NCBI GenBank assembly: GCA_900754255.1
Contig: CAAECI010000094.1
Location: forward strand, 365-64,364
Reading direction: 5' to 3'
DNA length: 64,000 bases
From: an uncultured Succinivibrio sp.
Lineage (GTDB): Bacteria; Pseudomonadota; Gammaproteobacteria; Enterobacterales; Succinivibrionaceae
The translations under genes were made by a program, and so were the position numbers. Shown in pieces: positions 10,466 to 21,441 of the stretch. How positions within the stretch are numbered: position 1 is the first letter of the stretch; each line of letters opens with the position of its first letter. Under the pieces are notes generated by a model. That model was not told the origin of the DNA. It made no database searches and saw only the letters and a list, made by a program, of their open reading frames with translations.

Positions 10466-11632
10466 ATGAGCAAAAGCAACGGATACGGTTTTGACACGGC
10501 TCCGCATCGTCGCGGATCCCGCTCCCTTAAATGGGATATTTGCAAAAAGGACGACGTGATCCCGCTTTGGGTTGCCGATATGGACTTTAAGATCTGCGAT
10601 GCGGTGGAGAGAGCGTTAAGAAAGCGTCTTGATCACGGAGTGTGCGGCTACGGTCTTATTGATGATCTGTGGTATGAGGCTGTCATCAATTGGCAGCAGC
10701 GGCGCAACGGTGTTTTGTATACCAAAAAACAGATCTTGGCGGTGCCCGGAGTGATCCCCGCACTCTCGGCCGTTTTACAGGCTCTGCTGCAGCCGTCCGA
10801 GCAAGTGATCATGCAAACGCCGGCCTACAACTGCTTTTACTCAAGCCTGCGCAACTGCGGTATAGATCTTTTGAAAAATCCGCTGAAGGAAGGCGCAAGG
10901 GGCTACGAGCTTGATTTTGAAGATCTGGAGGCCAAACTCTCCTCGGATCGTGCCCGTGCCTTGCTCCTGTGCAATCCTCATAACCCTACGGGGCGAATTT
11001 GGACGCGCGACGAGCTCATGCGCATCGCCTCGTTGTGCGAAAAATACGACATAACCGTGATCGCTGATGAGATCCACTCCGATCTCAGATCCCGCGACAG
11101 CGTCTTTACCTCCTTTGCAACCTTAAATAGCAAGGTTAAAACCGTAACCCTCAACGCTCCCTCCAAGGCCTTTAATCTCGCAGGCCTGCAGTGCGCTTAT
11201 ATTATGTCCAAGGATGCATCGCTGCTAAGAGAGATCGATCGTCGCGTCAATATCAATGAGATTTGCGATTTGAACGTATTCGGCATTGAGGCCCTGATCG
11301 CCGCCTACAACGAGGGCGAAGGCTGGCTTGAGTCCTTAAATGATTATATTCGCGAGAATTTACACTGTGCATACGAATTCTTTGCAAAGGAGCTGCCGCA
11401 GGTAAAGATCTTCATGCCGCAGTCTACCTATCTCATGTGGCTTGATCTGCGCTCTTACGGCTTAAACTCCGATGAGCTTTTCAAAAAATTTTTGGAGGCG
11501 GGAGTGATGCTAAGCCGTGGCAGTGACTACGGTATTGAAGGGGACGGCTTCATGCGCCTTAACGTCGCCTGCCCCCAAGATCTGCTGCTAAAAGGACTTG
11601 AGAGGATAAAAAAAGCACTTCAGCAAATATAG
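10466..11632 (+). CDS. MalY/PatB-family PLP-dependent C-S lyase / aminotransferase
   Basis: Class I/II aminotransferase fold with NPHNPTGR, SKAFNLAGL (PLP lysine), RLN motifs typical of PatB/MalY. Confidence 0.8.
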   Translation: MSKSNGYGFDTAPHRRGSRSLKWDICKKDDVIPLWVADMDFKICDAVERALRKRLDHGVCGYGLIDDLWYEAVINWQQRRNGVLYTKKQILAVPGVIPALSAVLQALLQPSEQVIMQTPAYNCFYSSLRNCGIDLLKNPLKEGARGYELDFEDLEAKLSSDRARALLLCNPHNPTGRIWTRDELMRIASLCEKYDITVIADEIHSDLRSRDSVFTSFATLNSKVKTVTLNAPSKAFNLAGLQCAYIMSKDASLLREIDRRVNINEICDLNVFGIEALIAAYNEGEGWLESLNDYIRENLHCAYEFFAKELPQVKIFMPQSTYLMWLDLRSYGLNSDELFKKFLEAGVMLSRGSDYGIEGDGFMRLNVACPQDLLLKGLERIKKALQQI

Positions 11633-11774
11633 ACTTTGACAGAATTTAACAAAAATATTTTTTAATATCAGTCAGTTATTCGTAATTTTTGTAGCAATAT
11701 TTTGGTAAATTGCCACAAGCTTTACTTTCTTAAGTTCCCCATTCATGGGGAACTTTATCATACAGCCCCTTAAT

Positions 11775-12305
11775 CTACACGCTGACATCAAGCGACTCCT
11801 GCGCCCGCCCCTCGTCCATGATCTCAAAGCCGTCCTTAGGCAACGAAGGAGCAACACGGTGAATTTTTTCCTCTGCAACCAACGTATTGAACTTCTCCTG
11901 CAAAAGCGGGGACAGGGAGGAGTAGACCTCGGGGGCGAGTCTGCGCTCATACTCGCAAAAAGGCTCGGGATTAAGACAGGAGCTTAAAAAAACATCCCGC
12001 ATATTCCCCTCGTGCAGAAGTGACGAAAGTGCGGCCGCATGCTCGAAATCCTTACCCTCTGCATAATCTCGGCGCTTATTTTGCAATTCAAAATAGGATC
12101 GCAGATCCTTTTTGCCGGAACCGAGACTAAGATCATCGCGACATAGCGGGGCATCGGTCACATCCTGCGACAGCATGGACATAAGCAGATCGAATTCTGC
12201 TCTGTCTCCGGCATTAACGGCAACAGCCGGTCTGCCGTTAAGCTGCAGCTCATCAACCAACACCAAATCGCGAATTTTTTTTTCAAGCATAAAGCCCTCC
12301 CTCAT
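11775..12305 (-). CDS. hypothetical protein
   Basis: ORF only. Divergent from 12389..12889. Confidence 0.4.
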   Translation of the reverse strand: MREGFMLEKKIRDLVLVDELQLNGRPAVAVNAGDRAEFDLLMSMLSQDVTDAPLCRDDLSLGSGKKDLRSYFELQNKRRDYAEGKDFEHAAALSSLLHEGNMRDVFLSSCLNPEPFCEYERRLAPEVYSSLSPLLQEKFNTLVAEEKIHRVAPSLPKDGFEIMDEGRAQESLDVSV

Positions 12306-12388
12306 ACCGTTAAAATCGGCTAAAAAATATTTTTCTTGAATTAACCCGTGACTTTTCTTAAGGTTGAGATCAGGAAGGAGTTGATCAA

Positions 12389-12889
12389 ATGAGTTCTACC
12401 AGTGCCAACGTCATATTTTTCGAAGAGGATCTCCACCCGATCATCCTCTACAACTCAAACGACGGTGCCGTTGCCTCATATTCGGCTCAATACGATCGCG
12501 TGACGGGGGCGGGCATGATCCTATATGAGATGCTGCAGGGCTATCAGAAGGAAAAAAAGATCCCCGATGCCGAGAGAGCAGCCAATGAGTACCTCATGCT
12601 CATGAACGGATCCTGTCGCATCGCCGATCGCATTCACCCCGACGTCGAATATATTTACGTCATGCACTTTCATAACGATCTCAATACCGAGCTTCGTACC
12701 TGTAAGCTCAACGCCTATAAGGTGACGCCGTGGAATTTCACGCACGATCAGGTGTTTTTCAAAATCCGTACCTGGCTTATGGCTAAGGTGCCAGATCAAT
12801 ATTTTGAAAAGCATTATTATGTGCGCCAAATAGGAAGTGAAATAAAAAAAGCTACGCAACAAAAAGAAAAGCTCTCCCCCGAAGACTGA
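12389..12889 (+). CDS. hypothetical protein
   Basis: ORF with RBS-like GGAAGGAG upstream. Confidence 0.5.
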   Translation: MSSTSANVIFFEEDLHPIILYNSNDGAVASYSAQYDRVTGAGMILYEMLQGYQKEKKIPDAERAANEYLMLMNGSCRIADRIHPDVEYIYVMHFHNDLNTELRTCKLNAYKVTPWNFTHDQVFFKIRTWLMAKVPDQYFEKHYYVRQIGSEIKKATQQKEKLSPED

Positions 12890-12979
12890 ACCTCGTGGCG
12901 AGGATCGGGCTGTTTACCCCTGTAGTGCGAAAATTTTAGAAAAAAGATGCGGGGGAATTGAATGATTTGAAGGAAAAAC

Positions 12980-13027
12980 TGAGATCAGATCTCGAATCTC
13001 CCCTCCCTTAAGCAAGGGAGGGAGAGA
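12980..13027. terminator. stem-loops between convergent genes (putative bidirectional terminator)
   Basis: Palindrome GAGATCAGATCTC and a strong hairpin TCTCCCCTCCCTT-AAGC-AAGGGAGGGAGAGA. Confidence 0.5.
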
Positions 13028-13041
13028 GTCAGAAATAAGCT

Positions 13042-14157
13042 TTAGAAACCTATGATCTGACGCAACATGCAGCGCAGAGGCTCAGCAGCGCCCCAAAGCA
13101 GCTGATCGCCTACGGTAAAGGCGGAAATGTAGTTCTCACCCATATTCATCTTACGAATACGACCTACGGGTACGTAAAGACTTCCGGAAACGGCAGCTGG
13201 AGTAAGCTCCTTTAAGGTGATCTCCTTATGGTTAGGGATCACGCGCACCCAAGAATTGTCGCTCTTAATCACATCCTCAATATAATCAAGCGACATATTC
13301 TGCTTAAGCTTGATGGTCACGGCCTGGCTGTGACAACGCATGGAGCTTATACGTACGCAGTTGCCGTCGATGGGCAGAGTACCGGGCTTATAGCCTAAGA
13401 TCTTATTGGCCTCGGCCTGAGATTTCCATTCCTCGCGGGACTGACCGTTTTCAAGCTCCTTGTCGATCCAAGGCAATACCGATCCTGCCAGAGCGGCCCC
13501 GAAATTGGCGGTAGGAAAATCTGCGGCATTCATCTTCGCACGAACCTTACGCTCGATGGCAAGCACCGAGGAGGCTGGATCTGCAAGCTCGGTGGAAACC
13601 TCATTGTACAGGGCCCCCATCTGCATCAAAAGCTCGCGCATGTTCTTGGCACCGGCACCGGAAGCTGCCTGATAGGTCTGCGTGGAAATCCATTCGACGT
13701 TATCGGTCTTGATAAGACCTGCCAGAGCAATCAACAGCAGCGATACGGTGCAGTTGCCGCCTATATAAGACTTGCAGCCGTCATTTAAAGCACGATTAAG
13801 AACGTCGCGGTTTACGGGATCCAATATGATCTTGGTATCGCTTTCCATACGCAACGTGGAGGCGGCATCGATCCAATAGCCGTTCCAGCCCGATTCACGC
13901 AGAGGCTTGAAGATCTTGGAGGTATAATCTCCGCCCTGGGTGGAAATGATAATGTCCATGGCTCTTAAGGCTTCAAGATCATATGCATCCTGCAAGAAGC
14001 CGGTGTCCTTACCCTCTACGGTCGGAGCCTTAAGACCCTTTTGCGAGGTGGTGAAGAATACCGGATCCACCAAAGCGAAGTCTTTTTCCTGCTGCATGCG
14101 ATCCATCAAAACGGATCCCACCATGCCGCGCCAACCGACCAAACCTAATTTTTGCAT
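13042..14157 (-). CDS. asd: aspartate-semialdehyde dehydrogenase
   Basis: Colinear with E. coli Asd from MQKLGLVGWRGMVGSVLM to LRQI. Start set at the ATG preceded by GAGGA with 5-nt spacing; the ORF-track start is an upstream extension. Confidence 0.95.
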   Translation of the reverse strand: MQKLGLVGWRGMVGSVLMDRMQQEKDFALVDPVFFTTSQKGLKAPTVEGKDTGFLQDAYDLEALRAMDIIISTQGGDYTSKIFKPLRESGWNGYWIDAASTLRMESDTKIILDPVNRDVLNRALNDGCKSYIGGNCTVSLLLIALAGLIKTDNVEWISTQTYQAASGAGAKNMRELLMQMGALYNEVSTELADPASSVLAIERKVRAKMNAADFPTANFGAALAGSVLPWIDKELENGQSREEWKSQAEANKILGYKPGTLPIDGNCVRISSMRCHSQAVTIKLKQNMSLDYIEDVIKSDNSWVRVIPNHKEITLKELTPAAVSGSLYVPVGRIRKMNMGENYISAFTVGDQLLWGAAEPLRCMLRQIIGF

Positions 14158-14570
14158 TGTCATCCTCGAAGGCTTAAACGAAATATTGCTTGAATAAGTG
14201 AACGTACTCCCGCCTGTAGCGGCCGGAGTTTCCTGCTTCACCGAAATCTGCACCTAAGCTGTATAACCTCAGCGTCTTACATTCTCTCCGCAGGCTTATA
14301 TTCCCGTGCGAGCCACGGTATTTTCGTGGTCAGCCGTGTTGCTAGTAACCCGACTTCCTCACGAATATTTACGGCATTATTCCGATCACGGTTATGAGGA
14401 CTGCCGCATTTTCTCACAACCTCACCCGTCATCCGCCTTTAAGTGGACGAACGACTTCTGTCGGAACCAAGGTTAAAGAAAAGCCCCGTTGCACGGAGCA
14501 TTTTCCAAAAATTTTTTTGCGGACGTCACGCACCGGTAGGCGCGATCATCACCCGTATTCACGCGGAAAA

Positions 14571-15272
14571 TCAACCTGCGGAGGGAGAGACTGGGCATTT
14601 ATCCACGCTTATACTGCGATCAGGACGCCCGTCGTCCGTTTTTAATAATACATGAAGCGTTTTCCCTGATCTTACGTACAAACTAAATAATTCATTTCTG
14701 CACAAAGCACGTGCACGCCGTAAAAAAGCGTCCTTACGTGCGGCAGCCTCGTCGTCACTTAGATTTGCATACTCATTTCCCGTCTTTTCAATCAAAAGAT
14801 GCAGTCCGTCGGCATCATCGGCGGCGGCGGTGATCTTGGTGTTTTGATCAACGCTCAAGGGCAGATGAGATCTCAGATCATCAAGCGAAAGCTCAGTATC
14901 GTCAGGACCGAAATATCTGTTCCACACCATCCAGGATGCAAAAAGCGCCGCACACAGCACCAGCGCTCTTATGTTTTGCTTGGAAAAGCGCGATTTTTTC
15001 TTTTCTTCCTTCATAGCCTTGAATCTTTGTCTCAGCCCCTCCACATGCGAGTAAAAAATGGCGTCGTATTCTTCCTTTTTTGAATTTTTTTCCTCTTTTA
15101 TCCCCTGCTCCGCCTCCTTCATGAAGGCCTCGCGTCTCACCTTGATTTCAGGAGGCAACCGGTCAAAGGCACTTTTACGTGTGATCCCCAACACCACCCC
15201 CTGATCATGCGTCTCAATTTGCACCGGTTTATTTTGCAAATCACTTTTATTTTTCGCAGTATTTTCCTTCAA
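14571..15272 (-). CDS. hypothetical single-pass membrane protein
   Basis: K/E-rich N-terminus, one TM segment (ALVLCAALFASWMVW). No family recognised. Confidence 0.45.
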   Translation of the reverse strand: MKENTAKNKSDLQNKPVQIETHDQGVVLGITRKSAFDRLPPEIKVRREAFMKEAEQGIKEEKNSKKEEYDAIFYSHVEGLRQRFKAMKEEKKKSRFSKQNIRALVLCAALFASWMVWNRYFGPDDTELSLDDLRSHLPLSVDQNTKITAAADDADGLHLLIEKTGNEYANLSDDEAAARKDAFLRRARALCRNELFSLYVRSGKTLHVLLKTDDGRPDRSISVDKCPVSPSAG

Positions 15273-15647
15273 GCAATACTCCGTCCGACCAAAGCATGCA
15301 CTCGCTTTTGCTATGAAACAAGATAAAATGCGTCCTAGCGTTTATTTAAGAGGATCCTCTTTTTTTGTCATTTTACCCGATTGCGGCGTAAAGCTCCGTC
15401 GTACCGAGCAGAGATAAGCTCAAAAGAAAAAAGATCTCGCGGCACCGTCCGAGTGAATTACGCTTTTTATATTCCTCTGCATAATTTTGCCCTTTTCCAA
15501 GTAGATGCTAGGATCTAAAGGATTAAACTGTATATTGTCATCAAAAGAAAAATCACGCTTGCTTTTTCTCATGCGGTACGACGCCACCTGCCGTCACAAG
15601 CCGCGTTCTGAAATGAAAGCAATACATTCCATAAAAGGTTCCAAGCT

Positions 15648-17426
15648 ATGACCAATATAGTCGGAAAAGACGCTCCGCTTGAAGTTTCCATAGAACGCTT
15701 CCGTGCAGGCTTTAAAAAGCTGAATTTGGAGGTAAGCGAAAGCGGATGGCTCAATCCTCTGCCAAACGTGTTTTCAGTGCACCTTGAGTTTCCGTCCTGT
15801 CCCAGCATTTATTCCAACGGAAAGGGCTCGAGCAAGCTTGCTGCCTTGGCCTCGGCCTACGGAGAGCTGTACGAGCGTCTTGCTACTCACACCTCATTTT
15901 CAGATTATTATTTAGGTCTTGAGAATTCGGAAAGCCCGTACGTACAGTACCCCGACGAGCACTGGAGCACCTTGCCTGCAGACGGTGATACTTCCTTGCC
16001 GCCCGACATTCTCAACGCATCGTTACGCAAGTTCTATACCAAGGATTTAAAGCTTTCCATGGAGGATCTGGTAGATGTTCAGGCCTCATCCTTCTCCCGC
16101 GGCGTGTGCTCTCTACCCTTTACCAACGCCCGTAACGGCGAAACAGTATATTTTCCGGTAAATCTCTTAAACAATCTCTATGCCTCAAACGGTATGAGCG
16201 CAGGCAACAGCGACTATGAGGCGCTAGTACAGGCACTGTCGGAAATATTAGAGCGCCATGTAAAAAAAGAAATCATCAAAAAGGGCCTGTCTCTGCCCGA
16301 GATCCCATCCGAGATCATCGAACGATATCCTAAGAGCGGATCCACCCTTCAGGAGCTGCAGGGACACGGATTTAGCGCCAAGGCCTACGATGCCTCTCTG
16401 GGCGGACGTTTCCCCGTAGTCTGCGTAGTGCTCTTTAATCAGTCGAACGGCACCTGCTGTGCCGCCTTCGGTGCCCATCCCATATTTGAGGTAGCACTTG
16501 ATCGTACGCTCACCGAGCTGTTGCAGGGACGTACCTTTTCTGATCTCGACGGCTTTGAGGCTCCTGTTTTCGATTTAAATCAGTGCGCCGACGACGTCAA
16601 TTTAGTCTCCCATTTCGTGGATTCCACCGGACTTATTCCCATACAAATGTTCCGCCGCAGTCCCGACTTCAAATTTACCGCCTGGGATTTTCGCGGCAAT
16701 ACCCACGATCAATATAAAGCCTTGCGCTATATCATCGCCAAATTGGGCTTTGACATCTACCTGCGCGCCTATAAGCAGATGGGGATCCCCGTTTATCGCG
16801 TCATCGTCCCCGGTATGAGCGAGGTTTATCCTCTGGACGATCTCGTCTACAACAATACCAACGCCTTTATAGATTTTCAGCAGGCCCTGCTCGCACTTCC
16901 CGATTTTTGCGAGAGTCGCGAAACCTACGAGGGCTACTATCACGAGCTTGAGGATTCTGGTTGCGAGGATGAGGCATCCGTTGCCCAGACTTTGGGGGTT
17001 ATGGCCGATCCAGGTACCCCCTGGGAAACACTGCGCTTTGGAGAATTAAAATGTCTTCTGGCCTTGGCCGGAGGACTTAAGGATGAGGCTCTGAACTGGT
17101 GTCGCTGGACACTCGGCTATTGTCATGACGACTTTCCCTTATCGCGTCTGCGTTTTTATCGTTGCCTTGAGAAGGCGCTTGAATGCATCTGCGAATACGA
17201 TGAAAGGCTCGAGGACTACAATGAGCTTTTAAATTCACTCTACGGCATCGAAACGGCCGACGCCGTGCGTGCCCATATAGCAGGCGAGCAACGCTTCTTT
17301 GCGCTTTTAGGTACCGATTTGAATTTAAAAGGCTTCAAAGCTCACGAGGAGCTCATAAGAATATTCAAAATAGTTAAGGAAGCTGCCCTCAATGTTAAAA
17401 ATGAGGTTTCAAACACCCATGAATGA
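15648..17426 (+). CDS. ycaO: YcaO-domain protein
   Basis: N-terminal region and size (592 aa) match E. coli YcaO. Confidence 0.8.
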   Translation: MTNIVGKDAPLEVSIERFRAGFKKLNLEVSESGWLNPLPNVFSVHLEFPSCPSIYSNGKGSSKLAALASAYGELYERLATHTSFSDYYLGLENSESPYVQYPDEHWSTLPADGDTSLPPDILNASLRKFYTKDLKLSMEDLVDVQASSFSRGVCSLPFTNARNGETVYFPVNLLNNLYASNGMSAGNSDYEALVQALSEILERHVKKEIIKKGLSLPEIPSEIIERYPKSGSTLQELQGHGFSAKAYDASLGGRFPVVCVVLFNQSNGTCCAAFGAHPIFEVALDRTLTELLQGRTFSDLDGFEAPVFDLNQCADDVNLVSHFVDSTGLIPIQMFRRSPDFKFTAWDFRGNTHDQYKALRYIIAKLGFDIYLRAYKQMGIPVYRVIVPGMSEVYPLDDLVYNNTNAFIDFQQALLALPDFCESRETYEGYYHELEDSGCEDEASVAQTLGVMADPGTPWETLRFGELKCLLALAGGLKDEALNWCRWTLGYCHDDFPLSRLRFYRCLEKALECICEYDERLEDYNELLNSLYGIETADAVRAHIAGEQRFFALLGTDLNLKGFKAHEELIRIFKIVKEAALNVKNEVSNTHE

Positions 17427-18027
17427 TCTGCATCTTTTTTTGAAGAAATCGGCGCTTACGGCTGTTTTTCTGACTGCGGCTCTTTTGTGCGGCTGTGCGG
17501 GAGTGGATGATACTTCCTCCGAAGGCTCCTGGCTGGACAATTATGCGCATCTTGAAAGACTTACCTTTTATAAAAGCGCAGGCAGGCTGGGAGTATTTAC
17601 TGAAAATAACCGTATCGGCGCTGCCTATGAGCTTGAAGGAATTTCAGGCGGCTTCATTCTGTCAATTAAATCACCCGTCGGCACCACTCTGGCCACCGCC
17701 GCCGTCACCGACAATACTCTGTCCTTCAATACGGGCGGTAAGACCTATAAGGACGATTATGCCGTCGCCATCTTTAAAGAGGCCTTTGGCTTTTCCATTC
17801 CTGCCGACAAATTACAGCGCATCCTGCTCGGAATTCCTAAGGGAAAGCTTTTTAGGGATGACAACGGACGCATAACGCACGCCGAATGGGACGGATATGA
17901 AATAAGCTACAAAGGTGAGGTTTTAGTGCAGGATCTGATCCTGCCTCGGCTCATCGAGGTACAAAAGGACGATTACCGCGTACGCATTCAAATCTCAGAG
18001 TTTAAAATTAAACAGAGTCTTCCATGA
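17419..18027 (+). CDS. lolB: outer-membrane lipoprotein LolB
   Basis: Lipobox LLCGCAG; size and position immediately upstream of ispE-prs as in other gammaproteobacteria. Confidence 0.75.
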   Translation: MNDLHLFLKKSALTAVFLTAALLCGCAGVDDTSSEGSWLDNYAHLERLTFYKSAGRLGVFTENNRIGAAYELEGISGGFILSIKSPVGTTLATAAVTDNTLSFNTGGKTYKDDYAVAIFKEAFGFSIPADKLQRILLGIPKGKLFRDDNGRITHAEWDGYEISYKGEVLVQDLILPRLIEVQKDDYRVRIQISEFKIKQSLP

Positions 18028-18878
18028 TTTTTACCTGTATCAGCCCCTGTAAGATCAACGAATTTTTATACATTACGGGACGTCGTAGCGACGGCTACCA
18101 CGATCTGGAAACCCTGTTCGTGGTCTTAAATTACGGCGATCCCATGAGTTTTGAAATAATCGACGACGATGTGATCGAACTTGATGCGAGCTTTGATTTT
18201 CCCAAGGAGCAGAACCTTATTTACAGGGCCGCCATGCTCTTAAAGGTTAAATACGGGGTTAAAAAGGGCTGTCGCATTACCGTAGATAAGCTCTTACCAC
18301 AAGGCGGCGGTCTGGGCGGAGGATCGGGAAACGCCGCCACCGTGCTGCAGGTTTTATCCGTGCTGTGGGATATTAGACTTGATGATGAGATCCTCATGCA
18401 ACTCGGTATGAGCTTAGGTGCCGACGTACCGCTCTTTATCAAGGGCGTAAGCACCTTCGGGCGCGGACGCGGTGAAATTTTAACTCCGGTAAATTATCCC
18501 CCGCGTTTTTATCTCGTGGTAAACCCGGGCTGCAAGGCTCAGACCTCCGCGCTTTTTTCATCCCCTCTTTTAAAACGGGACAGTAAGCCCTTAACCTATA
18601 CCGAGCATTTACAGCACCCCTTTGAAAATGCCTTTACTCCCGTGGTCTGCGCTCAATTCCCGCAGGTTGTATCACTTTTGCAGGCTCTTTCCTGCTATCA
18701 GGACGCACGTATGTCAGGATCAGGCTCCTCCTGCTTTGTGTCCTTTGATAACAAGGAGGCTTGTGATGAAGCTTATGCAAGCTTTAAAAAGAAGCATCCC
18801 GATCTCTTTTGCTTCAAGGCCTCGGCCTGCCTTGAAAATACGATTAAAAAGGCACTTAGAGAGCAGGGCTTTATTTGA
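18024..18878 (+). CDS. ispE: 4-diphosphocytidyl-2-C-methyl-D-erythritol kinase
   Basis: GHMP kinase motifs (PCKINEFLYITGRR.DGYH, LPQGGGLGGGSGNAA). 4-bp overlap with lolB. Confidence 0.9.
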   Translation: MIFTCISPCKINEFLYITGRRSDGYHDLETLFVVLNYGDPMSFEIIDDDVIELDASFDFPKEQNLIYRAAMLLKVKYGVKKGCRITVDKLLPQGGGLGGGSGNAATVLQVLSVLWDIRLDDEILMQLGMSLGADVPLFIKGVSTFGRGRGEILTPVNYPPRFYLVVNPGCKAQTSALFSSPLLKRDSKPLTYTEHLQHPFENAFTPVVCAQFPQVVSLLQALSCYQDARMSGSGSSCFVSFDNKEACDEAYASFKKKHPDLFCFKASACLENTIKKALREQGFI

Positions 18879-19007
18879 TTGATCCGAAAGCTCTAAAAAA
18901 AAACGCCGCATAAAGGTGCCGCTGAGGTCAAAAGTTCTGATTTTCGGCGCCAATGCGTTAAAATACGCATGTTTTCTTCACACCAATTTTCATCAGGATG
19001 AAACGAC

Positions 19008-19961
19008 ATGGCTGACATGAAGCTCTTCGCCGGGAACAGCGTTCCCGATCTTGCGAAAAAAATCGCCGACCGACTTTATACAAAATTGGGCGACGCTACC
19101 GTAGATACCTTCAGTGACGGAGAGGTACACGTTCAAATCAACGAAAATGTACGTGGCGACGATATCTTCATCATCCAATCGACCTGCGCTCCTACCAACG
19201 ACAATCTTATGGAGCTTATCGTCATGATCGACGCTATGCGTCGTGCCTCCGCCGGGCGTATTACCGCCGTGATCCCTTATTTCGGCTATGCCCGTCAGGA
19301 TCGTCGTCTGCGTTCGGCCCGCGTCCCCATCACCGCCAAGGTAGTAGCAGACTTTTTATCCTCCGTAGGCGTCGATCGCGTGCTCACCGTCGATCTCCAT
19401 GCCGAGCAGATCCAAGGCTTCTTCGACGTCCCCGTCGACAACTGCTTCTCAAGTCAGATCTTCGTTGACGACATGCTTTCCTTGGGGCTTTCAAATCCTT
19501 GCGTGGTTTCCCCCGATATGGGCGGCGTGGTACGTACACGCGCCATTGCCAAGCTTTTGAACAATGCCGACATTGCCATCATCGACAAACGCCGTCCGCG
19601 TCCCAACGTTTCCGAAGTTATGAATCTTATAGGAGAGGTTAAGGATCGCGACTGCATCATAGTCGACGATATATGTGATACCGCAGGCACCCTGTGCAAG
19701 GCCGCTGCGGCATTAAAGGAGCGCGGAGCCAAGCACGTATATGCTTACGTAACCCATCCCGTGCTTTCGGGCAACGCCTATGAAAACGTATCCTCCTCGG
19801 CCATAGACACCCTGGTAGTATCCGATTCCATTCCTCCTACCGAGAGATTTACCAAGCTCAAAAACTTCCGTCAGCTTACCCTCTCCTCCATGCTGGCCGA
19901 GGCCATTCGTCGCATCAACAACGAGGAATCCATTTCCGCCATGTTCCAAAGCGCACTCTGA
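19008..19961 (+). CDS. prs: ribose-phosphate pyrophosphokinase
   Basis: Near-identical to E. coli Prs over its whole length (MKLFAGN..., [19 protein letters not shown]). Confidence 0.95.
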   Translation: MADMKLFAGNSVPDLAKKIADRLYTKLGDATVDTFSDGEVHVQINENVRGDDIFIIQSTCAPTNDNLMELIVMIDAMRRASAGRITAVIPYFGYARQDRRLRSARVPITAKVVADFLSSVGVDRVLTVDLHAEQIQGFFDVPVDNCFSSQIFVDDMLSLGLSNPCVVSPDMGGVVRTRAIAKLLNNADIAIIDKRRPRPNVSEVMNLIGEVKDRDCIIVDDICDTAGTLCKAAAALKERGAKHVYAYVTHPVLSGNAYENVSSSAIDTLVVSDSIPPTERFTKLKNFRQLTLSSMLAEAIRRINNEESISAMFQSAL

Positions 19962-20078
19962 TGCTTCAATCCTCCTTACCTGCACAAGGTAGGGAGGACT
20001 TAACCAAAGCTCGGAGAGTGAAACTGCGTTAGACGTACCAAGGACTGACATTAATGCCAGGCCTTGATATTTATGAGG

Positions 20079-21440
20079 CTAGCCATCGATACGTCCCGAA
20101 ATCACTCCCAGCAACGTATCTGACCACTGCAGTGCCTCAAAATAGTCGCCGTAATACACCTCCTTGGGAAAGGATATGCCCAAGCGGTCGGCAATGGAGA
20201 TCAGAGCTTCGGTATCCTTATGCACCATGGCCAAATAGCCCTTGAGCACCAGCCCCAAGGCTCCGTTGCCCTTGTAAAAATCGGCAATGGCGGAGAGCAT
20301 GAATTCGTTATTGCAATGATCACGGCTGTCACGAATTATCTTCGGCATATACATGATCATGCCCACCATAAAAGCATGATTGGTCTCATAATCGTCACAA
20401 ACCATGGCGGCAAAACGACTTATCACCCGACCCGCAATCAGAGCATTTTTAAAATATATAAAGGCCGAGGAGAGTTCGTCGGCTTTGTAGGGGCTGTTGT
20501 CGCCCCTTGAGCTTCTTTCGGCCTTGTCAGTTTCGCAAAGCAACCCGTACATCAGACAGGCACACATTAAATTGACCATGTCGCTTGGGCTGTAATGCAT
20601 ATTCGCATTGCTTACGTAGGCGGCTCCGCGACGCACCGTAGCGGATAAGAGCTTTTTGGAGGAAAATACCTTTTTAATGGCCGCGCCCATTTCAGGATAT
20701 TTGACTCCCAGCCGCACAATCTGCTTAGGATTGTAAATACCTGAAAATACCTCAGCTACGGAGCGTAAAAGCTCGTGTTGCCACAGAGGTCGCTCCTTAT
20801 AGGGCATGAGCGCGGGCTGTACATGACCTGCCACCAGATCAAAGCCCTGTGCCTCCTCGACGGTGAAGCTGCCTATATCTTCCTTAAAGCCTATGTTTTG
20901 CATGTGCGGATGCTTGACCTTAAGTCCTATGAAGGCCGTAAGCAGACCGTCCTTTTGCGCATTGGCGATGAAAAGATAATCTATGCAGTCAAGCAGGGCC
21001 TCGTTTTGCGGTACAGTTCCCATGTCCCCAAGAGACATGGCAAATTGGGCGCCGGCACGGCGCATTCCGAGCATGATCCTCTCCTGCTCATGATTGGGAG
21101 CAAAGCCGTCGGGCAGACGTATGATCAGCTTGTTTTCGGGGATGTGATTGCGATAACGCAGCCAATCTCCCGAGGGTACGGCCCTAAGCATAATACGCTC
21201 CGTTCTAGGCGCTCTCAGCGTGTCGAGATTGTCCGATACCAAAAGATTCTGCATCAGATCGGCCATCTGCTCGTCGCCGACGTTTTCAGTGCCCGTGGTA
21301 TGTCCGGGCGACAGAATAAGATAATTGAAAACCATGCGCCCGTTGCAACGCGAGACGGGAACAATGCCGTAAAGACAAGCGCGGCTTTGAGCCGGCATGT
21401 CCTTGGTAAAGCTCGGATTATAGATATTAAGATCGCCCAT
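20079..21440 (-). CDS. putative signalling protein with degenerate EAL-like and HDOD-like regions
   Basis: Weak EAL-like segment (SLGDMGTVPQNEALLDCIDYLFIAN resembles DDFGTG...KID) lacking catalytic residues. Helical C-terminal half. Start 2 nt after the mpl stop. Confidence 0.4.
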   Translation of the reverse strand: MGDLNIYNPSFTKDMPAQSRACLYGIVPVSRCNGRMVFNYLILSPGHTTGTENVGDEQMADLMQNLLVSDNLDTLRAPRTERIMLRAVPSGDWLRYRNHIPENKLIIRLPDGFAPNHEQERIMLGMRRAGAQFAMSLGDMGTVPQNEALLDCIDYLFIANAQKDGLLTAFIGLKVKHPHMQNIGFKEDIGSFTVEEAQGFDLVAGHVQPALMPYKERPLWQHELLRSVAEVFSGIYNPKQIVRLGVKYPEMGAAIKKVFSSKKLLSATVRRGAAYVSNANMHYSPSDMVNLMCACLMYGLLCETDKAERSSRGDNSPYKADELSSAFIYFKNALIAGRVISRFAAMVCDDYETNHAFMVGMIMYMPKIIRDSRDHCNNEFMLSAIADFYKGNGALGLVLKGYLAMVHKDTEALISIADRLGISFPKEVYYGDYFEALQWSDTLLGVISGRIDG

Positions 21441-21441
21441 A

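Noticed and set aside
14158-14570. Possible 4.5S/SRP, 6S, tmRNA or RNase P RNA in the asd upstream region
   Set aside because: No match to the conserved cores I can recall (4.5S GGTCCGGAAGGAAGCAGC, tmRNA tRNA-like 3' end, RNase P P4). Only generic hairpins are present.
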